From sequence record OM362897.1: a stretch of 64,000 nucleotides of DNA. One strand, written 5' to 3'. Shown one piece after another: positions 33,069 through 42,388 of this stretch (the first letter of the stretch is position 1; each line of letters begins with the position of its first letter). The notes under the pieces are model-generated. The model was not told where the DNA came from, did no database searches, and worked only from the letters and a program-made list of their open reading frames with translations. Both the position numbers and the translations under genes were made by a program. Source of the DNA: Escherichia phage SKA64.

Positions 33069-33662
33069 ATGACAATTTCTATTCGTACTTCCATTACAGG
33101 TGTTAAAAGTTTGCCTAATGCTTTGCAAATCACACGTGCTTTGAGGGATACGTTCTCTGCTGTGGATGAGCATAAGATGCTCGATAATCTCTCAAATTGG
33201 CCCTATTTTCATTATTTTAAAAATGAAGACGACGAGTTTATAGACGCTGTTTCTTACGGTTATGATTTCGGTAAGGAGGTTTCCCCTGAAGAATTTGTAG
33301 CTACGGTGTTCCCAAACGGTTTGCCTACTCGCAGTAAACGTAAAAAAGGACCAAAAAACAAGAAACGTGCTACTAATAAAGCTACCATTTTCTTTACTGA
33401 TGGCACACAATATACGATTAAAGACTTTGAAGAGGTATCTTATACAGCAGGTGGGAGTCTTTCTTTCTACACCATCAAAAAACAAAACTATACGTTCAGC
33501 CATGTTTCTAACATGATTGAAATGTTAGTAGAAGATATTGAAAGCGTGGCTGTGTTAGGTATGCATAAAAGCTTTTTAATTACAAATATTTCAGATTTCA
33601 GTGCAAGTTTATCTGGCCCTGATTTTGAAGCCACGACCACGCATTTCGCTTTTAAGGTGTAA
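33069..33662 (+). CDS. hypothetical protein (197 aa)
   Basis: ORF track; TAAGGAGAAAA RBS. Confidence 0.6.
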   Translation: MTISIRTSITGVKSLPNALQITRALRDTFSAVDEHKMLDNLSNWPYFHYFKNEDDEFIDAVSYGYDFGKEVSPEEFVATVFPNGLPTRSKRKKGPKNKKRATNKATIFFTDGTQYTIKDFEEVSYTAGGSLSFYTIKKQNYTFSHVSNMIEMLVEDIESVAVLGMHKSFLITNISDFSASLSGPDFEATTTHFAFKV

Positions 33663-33665
33663 GTT

Positions 33666-34256
33666 ATGCATACCGAGAGAGACTTGCAACTCTTGTGGTG
33701 GGAAGTGATGCAGGAAATAAAAGAAGATTTTCCTGTTTACTACAACATGTTACGTGAAGCAGGATATAAAGCTTGTGTTAGAAACAAAGTGAATAACTCT
33801 TTCGGTTGGTGCAACTACCGAGATAAAATTGTTGTTGTAAATTGGCACTTGCATAAGAACTCCACAAGAGATATGATCGTGGATACAATGAAGCACGAAA
33901 TTGCTCATGCTATTGATGGTTGTATGGGTAAGTTTAGTAGGCACGGTGCTCATTGGCAAAAACTGGCAGCAGAATTAGGGGCTAATCCTAAAGCCACTTC
34001 CAAAGAGCCGTTGAACCACGAATATAAATATGTTCTTGTTCTGGTAGATAGGTTTGCGACAAGATGTGTTAGAGGTTATAATCGTAAACCTAATCGCATG
34101 TACCCAGGTAAGCAACCTAATATGTGGTTGAAATCAGATAAAGAAGGGACCGAAGGAAAATTATGGTTGTATAAATGGGACGATTGGGTTAAAGTAGCTA
34201 AAGAGTACGGTGTTTCACCATATATAAGAGATGCAGAAGAGGAGAATGAAGAATGA
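33666..34256 (+). CDS. SprT-like zinc metalloprotease domain protein
   Basis: HExxH motif in MKHEIAHAIDG followed by HGAHW. Confidence 0.5.
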   Translation: MHTERDLQLLWWEVMQEIKEDFPVYYNMLREAGYKACVRNKVNNSFGWCNYRDKIVVVNWHLHKNSTRDMIVDTMKHEIAHAIDGCMGKFSRHGAHWQKLAAELGANPKATSKEPLNHEYKYVLVLVDRFATRCVRGYNRKPNRMYPGKQPNMWLKSDKEGTEGKLWLYKWDDWVKVAKEYGVSPYIRDAEEENEE

Positions 34257-35365
34257 CAAGTCCATTTTTAAAAGCAGCTACTGGTGGTCAGAAGAAGCCT
34301 GAAATGAGCGTATTTGCTGCAACAACAGATGCAAGTAAATCTGTATTCGCTCCAAGCGTGTTAGATGCCAGTCCTGTTTATGCACCAGCGGCACCGCAAG
34401 AAGTTCCAGTTTTGCCTTCTATGACCCGACAAGAGATTGAAGAGATTGGGGCAGAGGCAGGAACAACCTTGCGTTCCTTGAATGCCGAGGTGTTAAAACA
34501 TCAACGTAGTAATCAAGGCGATCAGATGAGTGAACGACTCACAGCTTTGATTAAACAGGCAAAACAACTTGATCCAAACTCTATTAAACAAAGCAAGGGT
34601 ATTACTAAACTCATTAAAAAAGTTATGGGTATGAAAGAAGACCTGTTCGGGGAGTTTGATAATGTTAATAACCGTATTGAAGAGTTGGTAAAGAACCTTC
34701 AAATGGATATTCGCAAAGAAGAAGATTCCTTGGTATATCTTGAAAAGCTACATCAAGCTATTGGACAATATGCTGCAAGTTTGAACCGAGATATGCAGCT
34801 TCTAACAGCAACCTATGAAAAAGAAGAACAAGCTTTGGCTGCTCTTCCAGAAGATGCAGTAGAACAGCGACAAGTGATCCGAGATACTTTGGATCTTCTG
34901 GAGATTCGTATTGCAGATTTAAAAGCATTGCGCCTACTGTGTGTCCAAATGGGACCGCGTGTACAAGGTATGCAAAAAGTTTCTGCAAGCTTAATGCGAT
35001 CTGCGCGTAACATAGTAAATAATGTTATTCCTGCTTACTCTGCTAACTTCTCAATGTATATCGAGAGCTTACGTCAAATGAAAGCAGCAGAGACGCAGAA
35101 TAACGTTCTTGATGAATTTAACCTGGCAATTAAACTGGGTAGCGATCTTGCCACACAGAATCAGATCGAAGCAGCAGCACTGGCTAACCGTCAAGTGTTG
35201 GATATTGAAACTCTGCGTCACGATCAGGAAAACTTGGTTAAGATGCTGGAAGAAACTAACCGCATCAATACGGAAGCCCGTGCTGCTCGTGTTGATTATA
35301 TTAATGAAGTTCAATCTCTGGAAGACGGGATGGTAGCTGCTGTGAAACGAGGGCTTGGTAAATGA
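34253..35365 (+). CDS. coiled-coil protein, TelA-like candidate
   Basis: 370 aa, largely helical with heptad-like repeats; assignment is contextual (sits in Ter-type cluster). Confidence 0.3.
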   Translation: MTSPFLKAATGGQKKPEMSVFAATTDASKSVFAPSVLDASPVYAPAAPQEVPVLPSMTRQEIEEIGAEAGTTLRSLNAEVLKHQRSNQGDQMSERLTALIKQAKQLDPNSIKQSKGITKLIKKVMGMKEDLFGEFDNVNNRIEELVKNLQMDIRKEEDSLVYLEKLHQAIGQYAASLNRDMQLLTATYEKEEQALAALPEDAVEQRQVIRDTLDLLEIRIADLKALRLLCVQMGPRVQGMQKVSASLMRSARNIVNNVIPAYSANFSMYIESLRQMKAAETQNNVLDEFNLAIKLGSDLATQNQIEAAALANRQVLDIETLRHDQENLVKMLEETNRINTEARAARVDYINEVQSLEDGMVAAVKRGLGK

Positions 35366-35559
35366 GAATCCGTATCTATATAATTGATGAAGACATTGGT
35401 GTCCGTTATGATGACGAAAAACGATTCGCACCGATGGGAGGCATATATCCCCCAAGTGTTCTAGCAGTTTGTCGTGATTGTTATATTTATGAAGGTTGTC
35501 GTAACTTCCGTAAATTCGAACTCCTTGCAGATATTGACTTCAATGAGGAGGAGGAGTAA
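35362..35559 (+). CDS. hypothetical protein (65 aa)
   Basis: ORF track; overlapping start/stop. Confidence 0.5.
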   Translation: MRIRIYIIDEDIGVRYDDEKRFAPMGGIYPPSVLAVCRDCYIYEGCRNFRKFELLADIDFNEEEE

Positions 35560-35732
35560 TGAAAATATTACGAGTGAATATTGAAACTGCTTGGTGTGGA
35601 TGCAATGAGGTTGTGGATATCGAAATTGAAGATGATATGTCTCAAGAGGATATAGAAGATCTTGCACACGAAACCTTTCAGGATTATTGTAATTACGGGT
35701 TCCATATTTTAGAGGAGGAAGAAGATGTATAA
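35559..35732 (+). CDS. hypothetical protein (57 aa)
   Basis: hand-translated; GGAGGAGGAG RBS; start overlaps upstream stop, and stop overlaps the next start. Confidence 0.4.
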   Translation: MKILRVNIETAWCGCNEVVDIEIEDDMSQEDIEDLAHETFQDYCNYGFHILEEEEDV

Positions 35733-36123
35733 TCCAACAGGTATTCTTTTAAAACTTACAGTAACAGACCCTACTCTTTTCATCAAGTTAGCAAGTGGTG
35801 AAGTTTATGAAGTAATGAAAGATGATGACGGTTGGTGTTATCTTTGTGGCTACTTCCTCTGTGATGCAGAAGAGTTAGAATCCATTGTAACTAAAGGTTT
35901 TTATGAAGAACCAGGGTTCCGTGTGGAAACTACGCAGAAACCTGATACCATTACGTTGACTCGACAGGAACTGATCACAATCATTGAAGATGCTTTTATT
36001 GATGGCTGGAATACACAAGATAATGACTGGGGTGGACCCGAAGCTTTTCTGGAACATCATAAAGCTTATGGAGAATTTTGTGAAACCACTGTAGCTCTTG
36101 ATAATCTGAAGGAGGGTTTGTAA
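35725..36123 (+). CDS. hypothetical protein (132 aa)
   Basis: ORF track; GAGGAGGAAGAAG RBS. Confidence 0.6.
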   Translation: MYNPTGILLKLTVTDPTLFIKLASGEVYEVMKDDDGWCYLCGYFLCDAEELESIVTKGFYEEPGFRVETTQKPDTITLTRQELITIIEDAFIDGWNTQDNDWGGPEAFLEHHKAYGEFCETTVALDNLKEGL

Positions 36124-36686
36124 TGGGTTGTTTTAGCTTTTTGTGCAAAGAATCGGGCAAAGCTGCCCTTTCTACTTCTTTCGACGGATCACCTTGCTAC
36201 CTCTTTCTTTTGAAGGACGGTGTTGTTATTGAAGAGATGTATGGCAACTATGATAGTTATGGTTGTGTTTTCTCTGGAAAGGAGGATGAAAATGGTGTTC
36301 GTGAACGATTTGAATGGGCTATGGATTGGAGTAAGGTTTGTGATTTGATGCATTCCTCAAATCCAAGAGACGGTATCGCTATGGTGCTGGAAGAGTACTT
36401 TACAGGTGAAATCCCTACAGAACAATCTGACGGAGATCCTAACCAAGGTTGGGGTGATGGTGAAGAAGATCCAGATTGTTTTTTCAGCACAGAAAAGAAT
36501 AAGTTTAAACGTGTTGACAACCCTTATCACAAAGTGCATAATACTCTCATTGAAACAGAAGATGACAAGATGGAAATTGAAGAAGATGATCCTCTTGTAA
36601 CACTTCCTATAAGTGAGTTACAAAAGATCACTAAGGAAGCTTACGATTTGGGCTTCAAAATTGGTAGAGGAGGTATGCGTGTTTAG
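36123..36686 (+). CDS. hypothetical acidic protein (187 aa)
   Basis: ORF track; GGAGGG RBS. Confidence 0.6.
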   Translation: MGCFSFLCKESGKAALSTSFDGSPCYLFLLKDGVVIEEMYGNYDSYGCVFSGKEDENGVRERFEWAMDWSKVCDLMHSSNPRDGIAMVLEEYFTGEIPTEQSDGDPNQGWGDGEEDPDCFFSTEKNKFKRVDNPYHKVHNTLIETEDDKMEIEEDDPLVTLPISELQKITKEAYDLGFKIGRGGMRV

Positions 36687-36957
36687 ATTCAATATTCAAG
36701 AAGAAAAAAGTCAAGATTTACCTATTGCTTTCGAAGATCTTGACGTAGGGGCAACATTCATGTATTATGATGCCTATGAAGACGCAGGGTTGGATACGTA
36801 CCGTAACTTGGTGTTCATTAAAAATTCCACAAACAGTGCGATTTGTATTAATGGATCACTAGCACAACGAGGCTATACTCATTGCATCCCACCAGATACA
36901 AATATGGTGGAAGTAGATTTAGAAGTTACCAATATTACACTTAAGAAGGAGAAATAA
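36679..36957 (+). CDS. small protein, paralog 1 (92 aa)
   Basis: GTG start after AGAGGAGG; paralog of 37979..38248 (DLDVG.TF.Y...). Confidence 0.5.
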   Translation: MFRFNIQEEKSQDLPIAFEDLDVGATFMYYDAYEDAGLDTYRNLVFIKNSTNSAICINGSLAQRGYTHCIPPDTNMVEVDLEVTNITLKKEK

Positions 36958-36958
36958 T

Positions 36959-37753
36959 ATGTCCGAGAAAATCAGCCTGAAAAAACGTCAAGAAAACCTT
37001 GCTTTCTCTCTGAAAAAGAATAAGAACCTGAATGAAGGTAAGATTGTTCTTCGTGTAGCATGTGCTCTAGATATTTCTGGTAGTATGCATGGTCTATATT
37101 CTAGTGGGGTAGTGAGTGATTTTGTAGGTAAACTGCTTCCTTTTGGTATGTTGTTCGACGATAATCAACAAATTGATATGTGGGCCTTCAATACGAGTTC
37201 CCAAGAGCTTACTCCAGCAACAGCAGACGTTTACGACGACTATGTTGGTAAATGTATGCGTAATGTTCGTATCGGAGGTGGAACAAATTACGCCCCTGTA
37301 ATGGCAGATATCTACGATGAGTATTTTGGCACTGTTACCAAATATATTACCACTAAACAAGTGGTACAAGAGGAGGCTCCAAAGAAAGGCTTCTTTAATC
37401 GTCTGCTTGGTAAAACTGAAACAGTGTCTGTAGAGCGTGAAAAAGTTGTAGCTGTATCAGAACCAGGTGCTGACGTTACCCCTGGTGTTGTATTCTTCCA
37501 GACGGATGGTGAGAATGGTGATCCTAGTGCTGTTCGTCGTCTTATCGAAGAGAATAAGAATAAACCTATTTATTGGTTCATGGTTGGCGTTGGTAATGAG
37601 AAGTTTGGCTTCCTGAAAGAACTGGCAAATGCTTATGATAATGTTGGTTTTATTGGCATTAAAGATTTAGACTTGACAGATTCAGAGCTTTATGACAAAC
37701 TCTTATCTGAAGAGTTCGGAGAGTGGGTTGTTAAAGTAGGTGCTAAAAAATGA
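36959..37753 (+). CDS. von Willebrand factor A domain protein (TerY-like)
   Basis: MIDAS motif DISGSM; N-terminal ISLKK/FSLKK repeat shared with TerD gene. Confidence 0.7.
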   Translation: MSEKISLKKRQENLAFSLKKNKNLNEGKIVLRVACALDISGSMHGLYSSGVVSDFVGKLLPFGMLFDDNQQIDMWAFNTSSQELTPATADVYDDYVGKCMRNVRIGGGTNYAPVMADIYDEYFGTVTKYITTKQVVQEEAPKKGFFNRLLGKTETVSVEREKVVAVSEPGADVTPGVVFFQTDGENGDPSAVRRLIEENKNKPIYWFMVGVGNEKFGFLKELANAYDNVGFIGIKDLDLTDSELYDKLLSEEFGEWVVKVGAKK

Positions 37754-37998
37754 TCGACGAGCTTGCCTCTCAAGTCATAGAAAATTATTGGCGCGAGAGA
37801 GAAGCTTTCATTATGCGCAGTCTCAAAGAGTATTTCATTGGGACTGTGCGAATGGAAGATATTGTAAGTAGAGTGGAGATTCATGTATGGCCCGATTATG
37901 AAGAATGGGTTGACAAAGAAAATGAAAATGCTATAATTCTTCGTATATACAAACCGGAGATAACATTAGGAGGAAGAAGTGTTAAACTTCGAAATTGA
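37750..37998 (+). CDS. hypothetical protein (82 aa)
   Basis: ORF track. Confidence 0.55.
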   Translation: MIDELASQVIENYWREREAFIMRSLKEYFIGTVRMEDIVSRVEIHVWPDYEEWVDKENENAIILRIYKPEITLGGRSVKLRN

Positions 37999-38248
37999 TG
38001 AGCAAAAAGTAAATAAACGATGCCTTACCATTAAAGATTTGGATGTAGGAGATACTTTCGTCTATGAAAATGCATTTGACGAAAATGGTTTAGACCTTAG
38101 TGAAATCATTGTTTATTTAAAAGTAGATGATGGGGAAAATGATTATTCTGCTGTAGAACTAAACCATCATGCACAATTAGTATCAATCCAAAGCACATCT
38201 AAGCTTTTGGAAGTAGAATTGACTGTAACTGGTATTACACTTAAATAA
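37979..38248 (+). CDS. small protein, paralog 2 (89 aa)
   Basis: GTG start after GGAGGAAGAA. Confidence 0.5.
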   Translation: MLNFEIDEQKVNKRCLTIKDLDVGDTFVYENAFDENGLDLSEIIVYLKVDDGENDYSAVELNHHAQLVSIQSTSKLLEVELTVTGITLK

Positions 38249-38263
38249 TAGAGGAGACAAAAG

Positions 38264-38866
38264 ATGACTGATAAAATTTCCCTGAAAAAAGGCTCTAGCG
38301 AAAAAATTTCCCTGAAGAAGGTTGCTCCGGCTCTGAAAGAACTGCGCCTGGAATTCTCTTGGAAGTCTGATTCTAAACTGGATCTGGATGTAAGTGCACT
38401 GGTTTGTCGTCACAATGCCGCTGGCAATCCTGAAATGCTGTCTGCACGTCATCTTGTTTGCTATGCTAACAAGTTTGATCCTGAACGTTCTACCTTCGCT
38501 GGTGACGATGTTCGTGATGGCACTGGCAGCATGGAGCAGATCGATATTACTCTGGCTAAAATCTCTCCTGATGCACAAGAGATTGCCTTTGTTCTGACCA
38601 TTGATGATGATACAGGTCTGAAACGTTTTGGTCATGCTTCTGAAGGTATGCTTAAAATCTTCGACTCCGAGCGCAATGTGGAAATTCTGGATTTTGACTT
38701 CCTGGCTCCTGAAGTAGCTGGCAACACAATCTGCCACGTGGCTTCCTTGGTTCGTGAAGATGGGGAATGGAAGCTGAAAGCATATGGTGTAGGCAAAGCT
38801 GGTCTGGATATTTGTGATGTGGTGATGGCCTTCGGTGGTAAAAAAGAATGGTATGAATGTCCATAA
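38264..38866 (+). CDS. TerD-domain protein
   Basis: ISLKKGSSEKISLKK...LDLDVSALVC N-terminus and GEWKLKAYGVGKAGL C-terminus resemble TerD family. Confidence 0.8.
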   Translation: MTDKISLKKGSSEKISLKKVAPALKELRLEFSWKSDSKLDLDVSALVCRHNAAGNPEMLSARHLVCYANKFDPERSTFAGDDVRDGTGSMEQIDITLAKISPDAQEIAFVLTIDDDTGLKRFGHASEGMLKIFDSERNVEILDFDFLAPEVAGNTICHVASLVREDGEWKLKAYGVGKAGLDICDVVMAFGGKKEWYECP

Positions 38867-38885
38867 TAATTAACAAATGATTTTG

Positions 38886-38912
38886 AGGGGGAGAAATCCC
38901 CCTCTTGCAATA
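38886..38912 (+). terminator. rho-independent terminator candidate
   Basis: GAGGGGG-AGAAAT-CCCCCTC then TTGCAAT. Confidence 0.5.
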
Positions 38913-38933
38913 AAGCCTCTATCGTGTTATACT
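38905..38933 (+). promoter_or_regulatory. sigma70-like promoter
   Basis: TTGCAA-N17-TATACT ahead of lysin gene. Confidence 0.55.
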
Positions 38934-38965
38934 AGAAATTCGTTAACTTAAAAAGGAGGCAAAAT

Positions 38966-39487
38966 TTGCTGATAAAAAACTTTGTAACAGTTGCGTTACT
39001 ATCCTTAACTGCTTTTACATTTACACCTGTTGTGGCGAAAGCCGAAGCTGCAAACGTAAAAACCGCTAAAGTAGTTCACAAATGTACAAAGCAATATAAT
39101 GATAAAATTCTATTAGCTTGTGCAATTTACGCAGAAGGTCGCGGTCTGGGTAAAAAAGGAATGAATGCCGTTGGGAATGTGGTAATCAACAGAAGAAATG
39201 ATACCTACTTCCCTAACACAGTCAGAGGGGTCTTGTTCCAGAAAGGGCAATTCTCATATGCGAAAACTTTTAACGTAACAGAGAAAGATAAGTGGCAGGA
39301 AGCAAAAGCAATAGCGGAGCGTTTACTTTATTTAGAGAAACATTTTCCTGAATTGCGGTCTGTTTTAGATGTTACTAAAGGTGCTCTATACTTCAAGAAA
39401 CGGAATATAAGGACACACTGGGAACGTGATATGCGTCTTGTTTATCGAGATAAAGTGCATGGTTTCTATCTACCAAAGGGGAGTTAA
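38966..39487 (+). CDS. SleB-like cell-wall hydrolase with N-terminal signal/anchor (endolysin candidate)
   Basis: TTG start after AAAGGAGG; hydrophobic N-terminus; AIYAEGRGLGKKGMNAVGNVVINR and VLFQKGQFS resemble SleB-type hydrolase. Confidence 0.65.
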   Translation: MLIKNFVTVALLSLTAFTFTPVVAKAEAANVKTAKVVHKCTKQYNDKILLACAIYAEGRGLGKKGMNAVGNVVINRRNDTYFPNTVRGVLFQKGQFSYAKTFNVTEKDKWQEAKAIAERLLYLEKHFPELRSVLDVTKGALYFKKRNIRTHWERDMRLVYRDKVHGFYLPKGS

Positions 39488-39488
39488 A

Positions 39489-39773
39489 ATGCAAGAAGAT
39501 AATACTGTTGTTGTAGCAAGTTACCTGGTTGTCGGTCTTACTGAAGAGGATGTATACTACACCCGTAAGCATTTAGAAGCATACGCTACTTTGTTTATGG
39601 AAGATGAAAAGGATGTAGATAAATATAGCATTGACATGATCAACGACAGTATTTATCCTTGTATGGTTCTTAAAGTAGATGCTGTGTTGTGGGAGCGTTT
39701 TGCAAGGACTCATGATGCTGTAGAATGCTCCGCAGTAATGTCTCAAAACAACATTTTAGGGGAGATTCATTGA
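39489..39773 (+). CDS. hypothetical protein (94 aa)
   Basis: ATG at 39489 after GGGGAG; C-terminal part of track ORF 39426..39773. Confidence 0.5.
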   Translation: MQEDNTVVVASYLVVGLTEEDVYYTRKHLEAYATLFMEDEKDVDKYSIDMINDSIYPCMVLKVDAVLWERFARTHDAVECSAVMSQNNILGEIH

Positions 39774-40003
39774 TGGGAGAAGTCATTGAAGTCAATTTTC
39801 GCACTAAACAGAAAGTGCAAAAATATGTCGTTATTAAAAACATTTGCGTTGTCTGCTTCAATACAGTAATATACGACTCACGACGCGGAGAAAACGAAAA
39901 TGAACCTTACATTGAAATTTCTAAGAACAAAGGTCAATGTATTTGTAAGAACTGTGCAGTAGCTATTAAGGAGGTTGTAAATGAAAACGCTTGGGACCAA
40001 TGA
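39773..40003 (+). CDS. Zn-ribbon protein (76 aa)
   Basis: ATG at 39773 (TGATG overlap); CVVCF...CKNC. Confidence 0.5.
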   Translation: MGEVIEVNFRTKQKVQKYVVIKNICVVCFNTVIYDSRRGENENEPYIEISKNKGQCICKNCAVAIKEVVNENAWDQ

Positions 40004-40172
40004 AACTGGCGAGATCTCTCTTCAAGAAGTGACAAACGACAAACTGATTAAACTACGGGACGTAGCCCGTGACCATCTCCAAGAATCTTTTAAAGAATAT
40101 ATGGAAGCACGAGATCGTGTGATTCAGATCCAACAAGAAATGATTAAACGTGGGATTGTAGCTGACAGTTAA
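39981..40172 (+). CDS. hypothetical protein (63 aa)
   Basis: ORF track; TAAGGAGG RBS. Confidence 0.55.
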   Translation: MKTLGTNETGEISLQEVTNDKLIKLRDVARDHLQESFKEYMEARDRVIQIQQEMIKRGIVADS

Positions 40173-40188
40173 TATAACGGAGGGGAGA

Positions 40189-40752
40189 ATGATTTATTAT
40201 ATTACTCCCTATCTGACAGGAAATATCGGCAAGGCTATCAATGAAGCCATTGCCGTTCTTCCAGATGATAGTTGGGTGTGTTTAAGAGATACCGATACAA
40301 TGTTCCTCCTACCTGATCAACCATCTATGCTTGAAGAGCTTGTTATGTCAAACCCGCCTTTTGATGTAATAGGTGCAACTTGTAACAGGTTAGGTAGTGG
40401 TTATCAGCTTTTCTCTAACCAAATTAACGATGATCCCGATATTCTAAACCATATAGAATATGCTAAGATTGCAAGAGAATATCATAAAGTGAGTGTTGAA
40501 GAAGTTCCTTTCGGAACACCTCTGGCAGGTTTCTTTTTGCTTTTTAGAAAATCATTGTGGAATGAAATTCCTTTCGAAGAAAAATCTATCCAATTCGACT
40601 TAATTTTCTCTCGCACTTTACATGAAAAAGGAAAGAGGTTAGGATTGATGCGGGGAATGTATCTGTTTCACATTTACAGATTAGGTCAAACAAATCCTCA
40701 ACGGTCTATACATCATTTATTACACTGTCATGATCACAGTAAAACTATTTAG
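40189..40752 (+). CDS. putative glycosyltransferase-like protein
   Basis: ORF track; GGAGGGGAGA RBS; LRDTDTMF possible DxD-like motif; weak. Confidence 0.35.
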   Translation: MIYYITPYLTGNIGKAINEAIAVLPDDSWVCLRDTDTMFLLPDQPSMLEELVMSNPPFDVIGATCNRLGSGYQLFSNQINDDPDILNHIEYAKIAREYHKVSVEEVPFGTPLAGFFLLFRKSLWNEIPFEEKSIQFDLIFSRTLHEKGKRLGLMRGMYLFHIYRLGQTNPQRSIHHLLHCHDHSKTI

Positions 40753-40760
40753 GAGAGAAA

Positions 40761-41444
40761 ATGGAAAATATTAAAATCGGAGTGGGTGTTATCACTGTAG
40801 GTGTCCGTCCACTTAAAGACTACCTTGTAACAGATCCACGTGCAGATTTTCGAGTATTCAACGATCCAGATCGTAAAGGTGTAGCTTATGCCAGGAATGA
40901 ACTTATGCACCAGTTTTATGAAGAAGGTTATGATTATTGGTTTATTTTTGACGATGATTGCTACCCAGTCATGGAGGGATGGGAAACATACTTTGTAGAT
41001 CAAGCTGTCTCTGGAGGATGGGATTTCTTTGGTATGCCGGAGTATTTCAAAGATAAAGTTGTTGGAAGCAAAGGAGAAGTTATTCTCTGGGAACTTGCAA
41101 TGTGTCAATTTGCAATGTATTCTCGTGCCGTTGTTGAGAAGATGGGTTATTTCCGTCCTTACACTCACGGTTATGGTTTTGAAGATGCTGAATGGGGACA
41201 CCGTTTGCAAGCTGCTGGTTTGAATCATGGTATTCAGGCAACACCTTGTCCACTTCGTATCATGGCTTATATCCACCCAGACGATGTTTTTGGAAACAAT
41301 CCTATGCCTTTTGCTAACCTGACAAAAGAAGAGAAAGAGGCTGCTATTGGGATTAACTGGGAAGAATATAAAGCATCTTTAGAGGATATTAAAAATGGGA
41401 AAATCCGAATTTCCTATGAGGAGGCACTAGCACATGTCAAATAA
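40761..41444 (+). CDS. family-2-like glycosyltransferase (GT-A fold)
   Basis: GVAYARNELMHQF, DxD-type FIFDDDCYP, GYGFEDAEWGHRL. Confidence 0.55.
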   Translation: MENIKIGVGVITVGVRPLKDYLVTDPRADFRVFNDPDRKGVAYARNELMHQFYEEGYDYWFIFDDDCYPVMEGWETYFVDQAVSGGWDFFGMPEYFKDKVVGSKGEVILWELAMCQFAMYSRAVVEKMGYFRPYTHGYGFEDAEWGHRLQAAGLNHGIQATPCPLRIMAYIHPDDVFGNNPMPFANLTKEEKEAAIGINWEEYKASLEDIKNGKIRISYEEALAHVK

Positions 41445-42381
41445 AAAATGGTCTAAACTAAAAATTGATGCAAAACCTCACAGCGGTTGTGACTATCATC
41501 GTATTGTTATACCATTTAACAACAATAATATTCAACCTAAGAAAGATGTTGTTGTGTTTAACCGTATCCACTCTAAAGGTGCAGAATACGTTTTATCTTT
41601 GAAACGTCAAGGTGTTAAGGTTGTTGTAGACTTAGATGATTTTTACCAACTTAATCCAGAACATTATTTAGCAAGTCTATACGAGTCAAACACTCATGCT
41701 ATTGTAGCTATGGTTAAGCTTGCTGATGTGGTTATTGTGACTACGGAATATTTGGCATATAAGATCCGTCACTTAAATAGGAATGTTGTTGTGATCCGAA
41801 ATGCACTTCCTTTTGATAGCGGACAATTCACTTTGTCAAATGATCGTTCATCCGGTACCCCTGTTGTATGGGCTGGCGGTGCTAGTCACGAACCAGACTT
41901 ACGACTAGTCTCTAATACTTTCGATGATGAACTTCTTACTATTGCGGGATATGAAGCATCACAAAGCATCACGGGACAAGAGTGGATTAAGATTCGCAGA
42001 AATTTACCAAATGCCAAATATAAAGCCGCTGTAAAAGATTTAGATAATTACATGAGTGTTTACGAAAGTCATGCTATTGCTATAGCTCCTTTGGTAGATA
42101 ATGATTTTAATAATTGTAAAAGTAATCTCAAAATCCTGGAAGCTGGAGCAAAAGGTATTCCAATTGTTTGTTCTAAGGTATTACCTTATTTTAACCCTGT
42201 AGATGCTCGCGCTGTTGCTTACGCAGAGAATAAAGCAGAATGGCATTACGAAATTGTTAAGCTTCTTCGCAATCCAAACTATCGGGAAGATCGTGGCTTG
42301 TTCTTGGCTGAACATGTTCGAACACATTATAATCTGGCAGATGCAAACGAGTTGCGACGCCAGGTTATTGAAAGTTTGTAG
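41434..42381 (+). CDS. putative glycosyltransferase, paralog 1
   Basis: ORF track; shares CD(Y/F)HR(I/V)V(I/L)P, LDD, VWAG, APL(V/I)DN.FNN.KSNLKILEAGAKG with next gene. Confidence 0.4.
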   Translation: MSNKKWSKLKIDAKPHSGCDYHRIVIPFNNNNIQPKKDVVVFNRIHSKGAEYVLSLKRQGVKVVVDLDDFYQLNPEHYLASLYESNTHAIVAMVKLADVVIVTTEYLAYKIRHLNRNVVVIRNALPFDSGQFTLSNDRSSGTPVVWAGGASHEPDLRLVSNTFDDELLTIAGYEASQSITGQEWIKIRRNLPNAKYKAAVKDLDNYMSVYESHAIAIAPLVDNDFNNCKSNLKILEAGAKGIPIVCSKVLPYFNPVDARAVAYAENKAEWHYEIVKLLRNPNYREDRGLFLAEHVRTHYNLADANELRRQVIESL

Positions 42382-42388
42382 GTGAAGT

